From assembly GCA_040882225.1 (NCBI GenBank), contig JBBEBR010000011.1:7576-71575 (forward strand): a stretch of DNA of 64,000 bases. The letters are read 5' to 3'. Shown piece by piece: positions 46,120 to 56,379 of this stretch; the stretch's first letter is position 1; every line of letters starts with the position of its first letter. The notes beneath the pieces are model-generated. The model ran no database searches. It saw only the letters and a program-made list of their open reading frames with translations, and was not told where the DNA came from. The translations under genes and the position numbers were made by a program. The stretch comes from Balneolaceae bacterium (lineage in GTDB: Bacteria; Bacteroidota; Rhodothermia; Balneolales; Balneolaceae).

Positions 46120-47420
46120 GATGTAAGCTGGTTTAATTCATTTGCCATTATTTCAGTTAATGATTTTCGCGAATATTGATCTGCATTTTCACCTTGGTAT
46201 GATGAAATTCCTTTTTGCCAGTTTGAATACAGGCGAAGAAGTTCACTTTTCAACCGCTCTTTCTCTGAGTAGAGAATAAAAGTCCCCGATTTAGTCTCTT
46301 CAATCACTTTTTTGATATCTCCTTCTACAGGGCTAAGACAAACAATGGGACGCTTAGCTGCCAGGTATTCAAACAATTTTCCGGTTAGAATAAGAGGAGC
46401 ATTGGGCGTATTATTTACGATAAGTAAGAGCGCATCCGACTGTTGCTGAAACCGGATAATTTCATTGTGAGGTACATAATCGATCAGTTCCACCATATCT
46501 TGAACGCCAAAATGATTGATGTCTTCTTTTATAGAACTGTCCACTTTTCCTATCAATCGTAATTTGAAATTAACAGCAAAATCCTTTTCAACTGTTTTTA
46601 AATCGGCTAATGATTGCCAAAGCACTTGAGGGTTTCGGGATGGTGTCATCATCCCAACATGAGAGAGTGTGAACATAGAAGCTTTTTTATACTCTGATTC
46701 AGTAAAATCTGCAGCATCAAAACCATTGGGTATTACAGAGATATTTGTATCAGTAAACTCAGAAAATTCTTTTTTCATTGTAGGACTTATCACAACTATT
46801 TTGTTTGCTGTATCGAGTACTTTTTTTTCCAGTTTATGATGTTTTTTTCTTGCAAAGTCAGAGAGCTTAAGATCTTCAAAGAAATCGATGTTTGTCCACG
46901 GATCCCGAAAATCAGCGAGCCATGGTAATGATAGTGTTCGTGATACTTTCAACCCAATCATATGCATGGAGTGGGGTGGGCCAGTAGAAACAATAGCATC
47001 AACCTGATGTTTTTGAAGGTATTTGTTCAAAAATCTGACAGAAGGCCGAATCCAGAATTTCCGGGCATCAGGGATAAAGAGATTTCCCCTTATCCATATA
47101 GAGAGGTCGTGGTAGAAAGAAGATTCCTTTCCAGATTGCATCAAGCCTGATCCCAATTGCGCCTCTTTTTTCAGGCCTACCAGTTTTTTATAGAAGGAAT
47201 AGGGTTCCCAAATTGGTTGCGTGATTATTGTTACATCTTTGGGGATATCATTACTTAGCGAGTGGTCTATAGCTGGTCGCTCTGGATTAGAAGGTGTATA
47301 AATAACTGGCTCCCAACCATAATCTCGAAGATACTTGCAAAATTTAACCCAACGCTGTACACCAGAACCTCCACTTGGCGACCAGTAATAGGTAATGATT
47401 AAAACTTTTTTACGAGCCAC
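46116..47420 (-). CDS. Glycosyltransferase family 4
   Basis: KKVLIITYYWSPSGGSGVQRW.KF, STGPPHSMH, WLADFRDPW, GKLFEYLAA; GTG 47420 chosen as start. Confidence 0.88.
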   Translation of the reverse strand: MARKKVLIITYYWSPSGGSGVQRWVKFCKYLRDYGWEPVIYTPSNPERPAIDHSLSNDIPKDVTIITQPIWEPYSFYKKLVGLKKEAQLGSGLMQSGKESSFYHDLSIWIRGNLFIPDARKFWIRPSVRFLNKYLQKHQVDAIVSTGPPHSMHMIGLKVSRTLSLPWLADFRDPWTNIDFFEDLKLSDFARKKHHKLEKKVLDTANKIVVISPTMKKEFSEFTDTNISVIPNGFDAADFTESEYKKASMFTLSHVGMMTPSRNPQVLWQSLADLKTVEKDFAVNFKLRLIGKVDSSIKEDINHFGVQDMVELIDYVPHNEIIRFQQQSDALLLIVNNTPNAPLILTGKLFEYLAAKRPIVCLSPVEGDIKKVIEETKSGTFILYSEKERLKSELLRLYSNWQKGISSYQGENADQYSRKSLTEIMANELNQLTS

Positions 47421-49887
47421 CGGATTTTCTGTTTTTGAGCCAGGTGAATCCCCATAATCCTGCAATTAATAACTGGGCAATCAAAGAGAACCACGTTAAA
47501 GCTACACCCACCCGGAAAGATTGGGGATCAAAGCGGAGTTCAAGTTCATGTTCGCCGGCAGGAATTTGTATCCCACGAAGCAGGTAATTTGTTTTATAAA
47601 TGGGGATTTCTTCACCGTTCAGTTCAGCCTTCCATCCCGCCGGATAAAAAATTTCACTAAGCACCAGAAAACCAGGCTCAGAACGGCTGAGGGAAAGTGA
47701 AATCTCGGGCCCGGTATAATTTGTGACTTCAACGGAAGAAGCAGTGTCAGCAGCTGTCGTAATTTGATCCTGAGTTTCAACAATGGCGGTTTGGGAAAAG
47801 TCAACTTCTCCGGGATTTAGATAAGCAAAGGCTTCTTTTGGATCATCAGCAATAATCATAGAATCAACGAAAAAAGCCTTAGGCAGTACATTCTGATTCT
47901 CATAGACCACGCCTCTGTCGCCACGAAATACGGGTTCAAATCCCCGCAGTGGCAGCCCTTCTTGATATGTTAAATATTTGACATTGAGTAAACTTAATAG
48001 CTCTGGATTGAACTTTGGACTCTGCACATCCAGCGGCCCGCCCCCATACATTACATCCTGAACAATACTTAGTTTTGCCCCGGTGTACCCACCCAACGAT
48101 GGATAAAAATAAGAGGGAGTGGCATTGCTGTATAAATTATCCAAAAGCGGAAATACGCGATAGGGATAAGAAGAATTTTCAGCAATGTTTTCTTGAATAT
48201 ATGTATCAATATCCCGGCGCTGAGACTCGAGTGTTTGCTCAGGATCAACATTTGCAGCCACAATCACATTTTCGGGAATGTACCTGTTATCCACATTCAA
48301 CATTTCAAAAAGTGCAATAAGCGCTAAACCTATCATTCCCCAACCCAGAGCTACCCTTTTGGTGAACATGAGATATATCAAACCCGAGGCTAAAACGAGA
48401 ATGAGTGCTAACCGCAGAAGGTCGCCTTTGGCTTTATCTTCTCGTTCGGGAGCCATTTCAGAATTCACATAACTTCTCGCACGTTCTACCACTTGTGGAT
48501 TTTGCGGACTTACCTGATTCTGCTGCGCAATTTGCCTTGCAATATTTTCAACCTCACCAGAACGAGTAAAGTCCATTGAATTAACCTGAATGAAAAGCAG
48601 AAGAATAACAGCTCCAGATAAACCGAAAGGGATATATAAGCTTTTTAACTCCGGCTTCTTTTTCTGTGTGATGAAATCTGCAAGCCATTCCAGGCCATAA
48701 ACTGCTACAACAGAATAACAAAATGCAGTAAAAGCTAACCATGTTTCAGGAACCCGAAATTTTGCAAAATAGGGGATATAGTCGAAAGCGAACTGGTTGA
48801 AAAAAGCAAAATTCTCGCCCCACGCAAAAATAATTCCTAAAGTTCCTGCTCCAAAAAAAACGTACATGATTTTGCTCTTCTGTCGAAATAAAGCAATCAA
48901 AATCAGCGGTAAAGCCAGCGCTCCTATATAATGCGGACCGCTGGTGAAAGATTTATTTCCCCAGTATTCTGGTGATGCCCCGCCAAATAAATCGGGTACA
49001 AAAAAGGTCCAGGTTTCCATAATTCCTTGCGACCAAGCAAAAGCGTAACCGGCGTCAAGGCCGGTAGAACCTTGTAATGCGGAACCTCCACGAATGCTAT
49101 AAGCAGCATATTCTTGTAAAGTGAGTAAACTTTGAGCATGGCCAAGAAGGCCGATAATAGTTCCTATTGCAAGTAATCCTGTTACTTTTGCCCAGGATTT
49201 AATGTGGTTTTCTGAATAAGCTTTCCAGGAATCAAAAATCCATAAAAAACCGATGAGATAGAAAAAGTAATAGGTAATTTGGGGATGTCCCGCCCGGATT
49301 TCTAAAGCTAAAGCCACGCAAAAGAGTAACAATCCCGGCAGCTTTTTTTCTTTTCTTGTAAAAAGCCAATATCCGGCAATTACCCAGGGAGCAAATGCTA
49401 AGGCTACAAATTTCGAGGTGTGTCCCGCACTAATAATAATCGGAAAATAAGCGGTAAGGCCATACATCAAACTTCCAAAAACAGCACTCAATGTTCTGAA
49501 ATCCATCAAAATCAGCAGAAAGTACATGCCCGATAATAATACCCAGTACTGAAATGCGGGATAAATATTTTGAAAAAGAGAAGCAAGGTTATCAAGATGA
49601 GGAACTTGTTTTTTTGTGGAAACCACAAACGAAGGCATTCCCCCAAACATGTTATTTACCCAAAGCGGTTCTTTGTCGTACGTTTCGCGGTATTCTATGA
49701 CCGATTCTGCCCCGGCTCGCCATTGCGTAATATCATGCCGCTGGAATTCCTTTCCGCCAATAGTAGTGGCAGTAAATAGTAAAAAGGGGACTAAAAACAG
49801 AATCAGCAGTGCTATTACATGCTGTCGCGACTTTGGCTGGCTAAAGAAGAAATCCGGGTTTGTCGGCGAAGTTTTTTGCTGGCCCAT
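47410..49887 (-). CDS. YfhO-family (GT-C-like) membrane protein
   Basis: Many TM helices; LWVNNMFGGMP, YAFAWSQG, FTSGPHYIG, FLVLSEIFYP.GW, NYLLRG..IPAGEH. Confidence 0.85.
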   Translation of the reverse strand: MGQQKTSPTNPDFFFSQPKSRQHVIALLILFLVPFLLFTATTIGGKEFQRHDITQWRAGAESVIEYRETYDKEPLWVNNMFGGMPSFVVSTKKQVPHLDNLASLFQNIYPAFQYWVLLSGMYFLLILMDFRTLSAVFGSLMYGLTAYFPIIISAGHTSKFVALAFAPWVIAGYWLFTRKEKKLPGLLLFCVALALEIRAGHPQITYYFFYLIGFLWIFDSWKAYSENHIKSWAKVTGLLAIGTIIGLLGHAQSLLTLQEYAAYSIRGGSALQGSTGLDAGYAFAWSQGIMETWTFFVPDLFGGASPEYWGNKSFTSGPHYIGALALPLILIALFRQKSKIMYVFFGAGTLGIIFAWGENFAFFNQFAFDYIPYFAKFRVPETWLAFTAFCYSVVAVYGLEWLADFITQKKKPELKSLYIPFGLSGAVILLLFIQVNSMDFTRSGEVENIARQIAQQNQVSPQNPQVVERARSYVNSEMAPEREDKAKGDLLRLALILVLASGLIYLMFTKRVALGWGMIGLALIALFEMLNVDNRYIPENVIVAANVDPEQTLESQRRDIDTYIQENIAENSSYPYRVFPLLDNLYSNATPSYFYPSLGGYTGAKLSIVQDVMYGGGPLDVQSPKFNPELLSLLNVKYLTYQEGLPLRGFEPVFRGDRGVVYENQNVLPKAFFVDSMIIADDPKEAFAYLNPGEVDFSQTAIVETQDQITTAADTASSVEVTNYTGPEISLSLSRSEPGFLVLSEIFYPAGWKAELNGEEIPIYKTNYLLRGIQIPAGEHELELRFDPQSFRVGVALTWFSLIAQLLIAGLWGFTWLKNRKSGGS

Positions 49888-49889
49888 AC

Positions 49890-50177
49890 TTATTCAATTA
49901 CTTTTGGAACCCGAAAGTAGTCGCTGTCGGCATCCGGCGCGTTTTTCATTGCTTCATCATGAGAAAGTGGAGCTTTTGCTTCATCTTTTCGGAGCCGGCT
50001 ATCCATTTCCAGCACATGATTCAACGGCTCAACTCCAGAAGTATCAAGCTCGTTTAAAAGATCCATATAACCCAAAATATTGGTCATATCTCCGGTCAGA
50101 GATTTCACCTCTTTTTCGGACAGGTGGAGATTTGCCAGATTGGCAACATATCGCACTTCTTTTTCTGTTACAGACAT
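49890..50177 (-). CDS. gatC: Asp/Glu-tRNA amidotransferase subunit C
   Basis: EVRYVANLA.L, L.ELDTSGVEP, LRKD, NAP..D.DYFRVPKVIE. Confidence 0.93.
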   Translation of the reverse strand: MSVTEKEVRYVANLANLHLSEKEVKSLTGDMTNILGYMDLLNELDTSGVEPLNHVLEMDSRLRKDEAKAPLSHDEAMKNAPDADSDYFRVPKVIE

Positions 50178-50360
50178 ATATTCATTTTTTGTGATTGGCT
50201 AAATGTAAGAAACATTGTAAAGAAGATTAAAGTTAATTGATTTGAATATATCCCTGTTTGGAAGCAAAGCAATTAATCCATGAATGAATATGCTAAATTC
50301 AGGTTTGAAAGAATGGCATATTATTCCTTTTATATTCATCTTTGCCGCCTATATTAAAAT

Positions 50361-50633
50361 ATGATTAAGAAGAAAATAACGATACTCAACTCAGCAGGAT
50401 TACATGCCCGACCGTCTGCGGCTCTGGTAAAACTTGCGAGTAAATTTAAAGCTGATTTTTATATACATAGCCTTGGTTATAGGGTGAACGGAAAGAGTAT
50501 TCTTGGTGTGATGACTTTGGCGGCAGAACAGGGAGCGAAACTGGAACTGGAATTAGATGGCCCGGACGAGAAAGAAGCAATGAAGGCAATTACCAATCTC
50601 GTTCAAGGTAAATTTGGAGCGGAAGACGAGTAG
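50361..50633 (+). CDS. ptsH: Phosphocarrier protein HPr
   Basis: GLHARP (His15) and NGKSILGVMTL (Ser46). Confidence 0.95.
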   Translation: MIKKKITILNSAGLHARPSAALVKLASKFKADFYIHSLGYRVNGKSILGVMTLAAEQGAKLELELDGPDEKEAMKAITNLVQGKFGAEDE

Positions 50634-50637
50634 ATTT

Positions 50638-52359
50638 ATGCAAGATATTAAAGTTGAAGAAATTATTGTTCAAGGGCTGCCCACAGGTAGGGGGATGGCC
50701 ATTGGAGAAGTTTTTTTACTTGATATAAAGCAGAAGACTATTGCACCTAAATCTATAAAAGCGTCCTCAATAAATACCCACAAAAAGAAGTTCCTTGAAG
50801 CCAAAGTTCGTTTTCTGAATGATTTAGATAAAATGGGGAGAGAACTTAATGATCCCGGATCGGCTGAAATTATTGATACCCAGCGGCAAATTATAAAAGA
50901 TCCTGAGATCGAAAAAAGTGCATTCGAAATCATTGAGCATAAATTACTTAGTGTAGATTTTGCCGTCTATCAAACGTTATGCCAGTTCATTGAGCGCCTA
51001 AAAGAAAGTGGGTCAGAGTTATTCCGCCAGCGAATAGTAGATTTGGAAGACATTCGCGATCGTTTCATTTCAATAATCCAAAACAACCAAAGTACAAGGC
51101 CTGTTAAAAAAGGCTCAATTATCATCACAAGCGAAATCAGCCCGACGGATCTTGTTTCGTTTTATGAAAATGGAATAGCCGGCTTAGTGATGGATAAAGG
51201 CGGGGTTACTTCTCATGCCGCCATCATTGCTCAATCTTTGGGAATTCCTTGTGTGGTGAGTACCAAGAAAGCGGTTAAAGAAGCCGCGAATTGCAAAAAT
51301 GTAATTGTCGATGGAAGCACCGGGCAAGTGTTCTTCAATCCTGCAAAAGAAAGGATCAATGAATATCGGAAGAAACTATCCGAGTTGAATAAAGTCATCA
51401 AAAAAGCCAGTAACGATGATGATGTTTTCGAAACTTTAGACGGCTTTCCATTTCGATTAATGGCTAATATTGAGTTCGAAGCGGAGCTTCCTAAAGTAAA
51501 AGAATTTGGGGCACAGGGCGTTGGATTACTAAGAACTGAAAGCCTCTTGTTCGGAAAGCGATTGAAAAAAAGTACGGAAGAACAGGTTGCTTTTTATAGC
51601 AACATCATAGAGACAATTGAAGGCCCATTAACCATTCGGCTGTTTGATGTAGGTGGTGATAAAGTCAGCGTTCACCCTATCAAAGAAGCGAATCCATTTT
51701 TGGGATGGCGTGGCATCCGAATGCTGTTGGACGAAAAAGAGTTACTGAGAAATCAACTAAGGGCAATTTTGAAAGTGGCGGGACATTTTCCGGGTAAGAT
51801 TAAATTCCTTGTTCCCATGATTTCCGTGTTAGAGGAAGTGCATGAAATACGAGAAGAAATTGAATCCATGCAATCCCAGTTGTTAAGCGAAGGCGAAAAA
51901 ATTGATGAGAATATTCCTTTGGGTTTGATGGTAGAAGTACCGAGCGTGGCTCTTTCTGCTTTTCAGTTTGCAAAAGAAGTAGACTTTTTCAGTATGGGAA
52001 CCAATGATCTTACTCAATATACGATGGCGGCAGATCGTGGTAATGAACACATTTGTGAACTATTTCAGCATCATCATCCGTCGGTTTTAAGAATGATAAA
52101 GTTAACGGTAGAAGGTGCTGATAAAGCAGATATCGAAGTTTGTGCCTGTGGCGAACTTGCCGGAGAAGAAATTGGCGCGGCCTGTTTATTAGGTTTGGGA
52201 GTGCGTGAATTAAGTATGACACCTCACTCTATTCCAAAAATAAAAGATTTATTAAGTTCGCGTACCAAAAAAGATTTCGAGAATTTCGTTTCTAAAGCAA
52301 TTGAAGCGTCAACATCTAAAGAAGTAGAACAAATATTTAACACCTGGAAAAACGATTAA
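50638..52359 (+). CDS. ptsI: PEP-protein phosphotransferase (PTS enzyme I)
   Basis: GGVTSHAAI, GVGLLRTE, NPFLGWRGIR, MVEVPS, FSMGTNDLTQY, CGELAG. Confidence 0.95.
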   Translation: MQDIKVEEIIVQGLPTGRGMAIGEVFLLDIKQKTIAPKSIKASSINTHKKKFLEAKVRFLNDLDKMGRELNDPGSAEIIDTQRQIIKDPEIEKSAFEIIEHKLLSVDFAVYQTLCQFIERLKESGSELFRQRIVDLEDIRDRFISIIQNNQSTRPVKKGSIIITSEISPTDLVSFYENGIAGLVMDKGGVTSHAAIIAQSLGIPCVVSTKKAVKEAANCKNVIVDGSTGQVFFNPAKERINEYRKKLSELNKVIKKASNDDDVFETLDGFPFRLMANIEFEAELPKVKEFGAQGVGLLRTESLLFGKRLKKSTEEQVAFYSNIIETIEGPLTIRLFDVGGDKVSVHPIKEANPFLGWRGIRMLLDEKELLRNQLRAILKVAGHFPGKIKFLVPMISVLEEVHEIREEIESMQSQLLSEGEKIDENIPLGLMVEVPSVALSAFQFAKEVDFFSMGTNDLTQYTMAADRGNEHICELFQHHHPSVLRMIKLTVEGADKADIEVCACGELAGEEIGAACLLGLGVRELSMTPHSIPKIKDLLSSRTKKDFENFVSKAIEASTSKEVEQIFNTWKND

Positions 52360-53408
52360 TGGAGATTACTAAAGAAAATATAGAGCGCCTCGACTCACAA
52401 AATATGTGGCAGCTGGTCGTAGATTTTCCCAAACACTGGGAAAAAATTATCGGCATGACAACCAACCTGGAGTTGAACATAGATAAAAACAAAATCAAGA
52501 AAATTATTTTTGGGGGAATGGGAGGTTCAGCAATCGGAGCTGATTTAATCCGCGCATATTCGCTCAAAACCTGTCCACATCCCGTGCAGGTAAATCGCCA
52601 TTACGATATCCCAAACTGGGTAGACGAAGAGACACTATTTGTGGCGTGCAGTTTTTCGGGAAACACTGAAGAAACACTCTCCGCTTTATATCAGGCTTTG
52701 GAAAAAGGTGCGCAATGTGTAGGGGTAACTTCCGGCGGAACCTTGCTGGTTACAGCTCAGAAAGAGGAATTCGATTACATTAAAATTCCCGGTGGAATGC
52801 CGCCAAGGGCAGCATTGGCCTATAGTTTTGTGCCTCTTTTCAGAATATTTCAGTATTTGGGTTATTTGGATGAAGGCGATGAAGCCCTTTCCGAAACATT
52901 AAAATTATTACAGGATGGAGTGCTCGATTTCTCCGATACTTCTTCAAATGAAGCGCTTACCATTGCGGAAGAATTAAGCGAATCTTTACCGCTGATTTAT
53001 TCAGACGCGTTAATGACAGAACCAGTGAATTTACGCTGGCGTGGCCAAATTGAAGAGAACGCAAAGATGCTCGCTTATGGAAATTTGCTTCCCGAAATGA
53101 ATCATAATGAAATAGTTGGCTGGGAACACATCGCTCATTTAACAGGAAGATTAACGGTAGTGATGCTTCGTGATAAAGAAGATAATGAGCGTGTAACCCG
53201 AAGGATGGAGATTGTAAAGGAGCTGGTAATAGATCAGACCCTTGCCATAGTCGAAATTGACTCACATGGCAAAAGCCGCCTCGCTCGTTTATTTTCGCTT
53301 ATTCAATTGGGCGACTGGGTAAGTATATATCTTGCAATCCTAAATGAAGTAGACCCCACACCTATTGCGAAGATTGATCTGCTGAAGAGCAAACTGGCTG
53401 AGGTTTAA
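52359..53408 (+). CDS. Bifunctional phosphoglucose/phosphomannose isomerase (SIS-type)
   Basis: GMGGSAIG, SFSGNTEETL, TSGG, PRAAL, ENAK, LPEMNHNEI. Confidence 0.9.
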   Translation: MEITKENIERLDSQNMWQLVVDFPKHWEKIIGMTTNLELNIDKNKIKKIIFGGMGGSAIGADLIRAYSLKTCPHPVQVNRHYDIPNWVDEETLFVACSFSGNTEETLSALYQALEKGAQCVGVTSGGTLLVTAQKEEFDYIKIPGGMPPRAALAYSFVPLFRIFQYLGYLDEGDEALSETLKLLQDGVLDFSDTSSNEALTIAEELSESLPLIYSDALMTEPVNLRWRGQIEENAKMLAYGNLLPEMNHNEIVGWEHIAHLTGRLTVVMLRDKEDNERVTRRMEIVKELVIDQTLAIVEIDSHGKSRLARLFSLIQLGDWVSIYLAILNEVDPTPIAKIDLLKSKLAEV

Positions 53409-53627
53409 TTTTTTCTCGGAAGCCTGTTGCTACATCCGAGCCATGCCCTTCGAAATCATAACAGATGAAATGAGGCAGGTAAGAGGTATATATATATAGT
53501 AGCATCTTTGTGATGACTTCTAAAAAAAACCCAATTCGCGGTAAAAATTATGCACAGCATGCTTCTTTTATGCAGAGCAGAAAGCTGTTTAAGCAGAATT
53601 TTTAACCTGAATTGAGAATATTTTTAA

Positions 53628-54455
53628 TTATTGAGCCGGCACAATGAATAAACTGGCAATGGCATTCACTTCTTCCATTGTAAGTGGTTCATCCCAAGCT
53701 TCAGTTACAGCTTCGTCTGAGATATCGGTCACCGTGGTGGCATCTACTCCAGCGTGAGTGGTATTGGCTTCACCGTTATAAACAGCTTGGGCTTGTTCCG
53801 GCAGGCTGCCGCGGTTATCGCCTGTAATCCATGCTTCGATATCATCCAATCCACGCATGGTGCGCAGGCGGCGGACTTCAGCGGCGTGCCGGGCTTCAAC
53901 TGAATGAATGCGCAAGGCAGCTGTTAATATTTGGTCGCTGCTTTGTACATTTCCTGCCTGACCTTTATAAGCCCGAACGCCGGTGTCTTCGAAAGCCTGA
54001 GACAGGGCAAGATATTGCGGGTACTGATTGAAAGGATCGAAAGTGCCGCTGGCAGTGAAATCGAATTCGGGCTTTTCGATGGGTGTTCCGCCAAGCGAGT
54101 TGATAGTATCTTGTAGAAAAATGACATGCGCATTTTCATGCTTCTGTATAACATTAAATATAGCGCGGTCTTCATCAGGTATAATACCGATTTCGCACCC
54201 CATGTTATAATACTCAGCTTCGAGTAATTCCAGGGTAAGGGCAAAATTGAGCACTCCTACCACGTCTTCGGTAGATTGGGCGTTTGCCGGTTTTGAGAAG
54301 GCAGCTATCGCGCCAAATGGAAGAGCCGCAAGCGCAAAATTTTTGCTATAGTTGCTCATTTTGGCTAATGCATCTTTTCTGCTGAAAAAACGTTCGCTTT
54401 CTTCTTTGTTACTGGTTTCGAGGTTAAACTCGTCTAATAATTTTAAAAAACTCAT
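53628..54455 (-). CDS. Ferritin-like domain protein (Ferritin_2 / desiccation-associated type)
   Basis: VLNFALTLELLEAEYY, HENAHV, AFEDTGVRAYKG, IHSVEARHAA. Confidence 0.85.
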   Translation of the reverse strand: MSFLKLLDEFNLETSNKEESERFFSRKDALAKMSNYSKNFALAALPFGAIAAFSKPANAQSTEDVVGVLNFALTLELLEAEYYNMGCEIGIIPDEDRAIFNVIQKHENAHVIFLQDTINSLGGTPIEKPEFDFTASGTFDPFNQYPQYLALSQAFEDTGVRAYKGQAGNVQSSDQILTAALRIHSVEARHAAEVRRLRTMRGLDDIEAWITGDNRGSLPEQAQAVYNGEANTTHAGVDATTVTDISDEAVTEAWDEPLTMEEVNAIASLFIVPAQ

Positions 54456-54479
54456 GGTGATCTCCGTATAAAGATTAAA

Positions 54480-55244
54480 TTAGTTGTTAGGTTGGGGGAG
54501 TTCGCTGGCATCAATCTCATCCACTATGAATGCGGATGCGGCAGCTAAAACGTCGTTGGGGGTATTCACAACATCCAATCCATTTTCGTCTATAACATCA
54601 TCGCCGGCAAAAAAACCGGTACGAGGTTTCAATAAATCGCGGATTGCAGCTGCATGGCGGGCTTCAACCGACACAATTTTTCCGGCTACCAGCAGAAGCT
54701 CGGTATCTTCCAGAAGTTGCCCTGCTCCGTTGTAAGCAGATACTCCCAAATCTTCGAATACTTGTGCCGTGTTTAGCACACTGGCGCAATCATCAAAATC
54801 TACCGAACTGAAATCCACTTCCAGCCCCCGGATGGCGTTATCTCCCAAAGCAGCTTTATAAAAGTCGGCGTGAGCTACTTCATGCTCTCGCAATGCTTCC
54901 AGTATACGGCCCTCATCAGAGCTCATGTTGTGATATGGGTTCTCCAGCACCTGTATATAATAAGCGGCTTCGAGTTGTTCTAAGGCATAGGCGAAATTAA
55001 GAATGCCGATATCACCGGCTCCCAGCTTTACAACATCAGCATTTTTATCGGTAGAACCGTTATTTCCTCCAGATTTGTTATCGAGAACTCCTAAGCCGGA
55101 GTCTTGGCAGCCGTACATGCTTAGCGCCATAAAAGACGCAGCAGATAGTCCTGAAAATTTAAAAAAATTCTTCCTTGAAATTGGCCGCCGGGTAGCACAA
55201 ACCAAATCACTAGATTGTCCTGTTTCTTCTCTTGATTTTGACAT
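54480..55244 (-). CDS. Ferritin-like domain protein with Tat/lipoprotein-like leader
   Basis: SRKNFFK leader, MYGC; ILNFAYALEQLEAAYY, HEVAH, FEDLGVSAYNG, IVSVEARHAA. Confidence 0.85.
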   Translation of the reverse strand: MSKSREETGQSSDLVCATRRPISRKNFFKFSGLSAASFMALSMYGCQDSGLGVLDNKSGGNNGSTDKNADVVKLGAGDIGILNFAYALEQLEAAYYIQVLENPYHNMSSDEGRILEALREHEVAHADFYKAALGDNAIRGLEVDFSSVDFDDCASVLNTAQVFEDLGVSAYNGAGQLLEDTELLLVAGKIVSVEARHAAAIRDLLKPRTGFFAGDDVIDENGLDVVNTPNDVLAAASAFIVDEIDASELPQPNN

Positions 55245-55548
55245 GGTATCTCTCTTTTTTAATTGAATATTATCGTAATTCGTAATTATTGGGTGAAAAC
55301 AATTATTATTATGCCGTAAAATAATGTAACTCTAAGCATCAGATATGGACGTAAATCAGTTTTTTAAAAAATTGTAGAAGAAAGAGCAGATATAACTGCG
55401 CAAAACCGAAATGGTGCGTAAAATTTCATGCTTTCTAAGAGTGCTCTTCACAAAAAGAATGAAAAAAAATCCTCAAAATTAAGCCTTGCAAATTTAATAA
55501 GAGCTGATTTACCTCGCATTTAACCAAAGATGAATTAACTTTTTAAAT

Positions 55549-56331
55549 TTGTTTGATAAAAAACAATTTGAGAAACAACTTTCCACTTCGTGGTTGGGGC
55601 GAAGCGCTTTTTGCTTTAAGGAATTGGATTCTACAAATTCCCATGCAAAAAAAATGCGCATAGATGCCTCGCTCCACGGCTCGGTTGTTCTTGCAGATCA
55701 TCAAACTGGAGGCCGGGGGCAGCACTCGAGAAAATGGCAAACGGAAGCGGGCGCAAATCTCACATTCAGCCTGATTTTTGCACCCAAAAAACAGGATCGT
55801 TTTACACTTCTTACGCTCGCCTGCGCATTAGCTGTTTCTGAAGCGATTGAAGAAGAAACCGGAATTTGCACCAGGCTTAAGTGGCCAAACGATATTCTTC
55901 ATGAAGGGCAAAAAATTTGCGGGATTCTGACGGAAACACAATTTAGTGGCAGCAAGCTGGAAAGGATTATTATTGGGATTGGGTTGAATGTTAACCAACT
56001 AAATTTTAGTGAAGAATTGGCGAGTATTGCAACTTCACTGGCTATCATTAATTCCAAAAAAATAAAGCGTGAGCAGCTCCTTGCTGCAATTTTGAAAAAA
56101 ACGGAATATTATTACCGGCTCTGGACTCAATATAAACCGGAGCTGGTAAAGCAGATTAACCGCGCTTTAATTGGATATGGAAACTGGGTTCATATTCTCA
56201 TTAATGGCAAAGAAATGAACGGCGAGTATAAATTTTTAGGAGTGAACGACACGGGTGCTTTAGTGGTGTTAAACAGCAGATTAGAAGTACAGACTTTTGC
56301 CTACGAACAAGTGAGGGTGAAAGAGCAATAA
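55549..56331 (+). CDS. birA: Biotin--[acetyl-CoA carboxylase] ligase (no N-terminal HTH)
   Basis: LDSTNS, QTGGRGQ..RKW, LKWPNDI, KICGILTE, IGIGLNVN. Confidence 0.93.
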   Translation: MFDKKQFEKQLSTSWLGRSAFCFKELDSTNSHAKKMRIDASLHGSVVLADHQTGGRGQHSRKWQTEAGANLTFSLIFAPKKQDRFTLLTLACALAVSEAIEEETGICTRLKWPNDILHEGQKICGILTETQFSGSKLERIIIGIGLNVNQLNFSEELASIATSLAIINSKKIKREQLLAAILKKTEYYYRLWTQYKPELVKQINRALIGYGNWVHILINGKEMNGEYKFLGVNDTGALVVLNSRLEVQTFAYEQVRVKEQ

Positions 56332-56379
56332 TTCTTAATAATCGATTGAAAACTGTCGGCAAAGCTCCTACTTTTTCTT

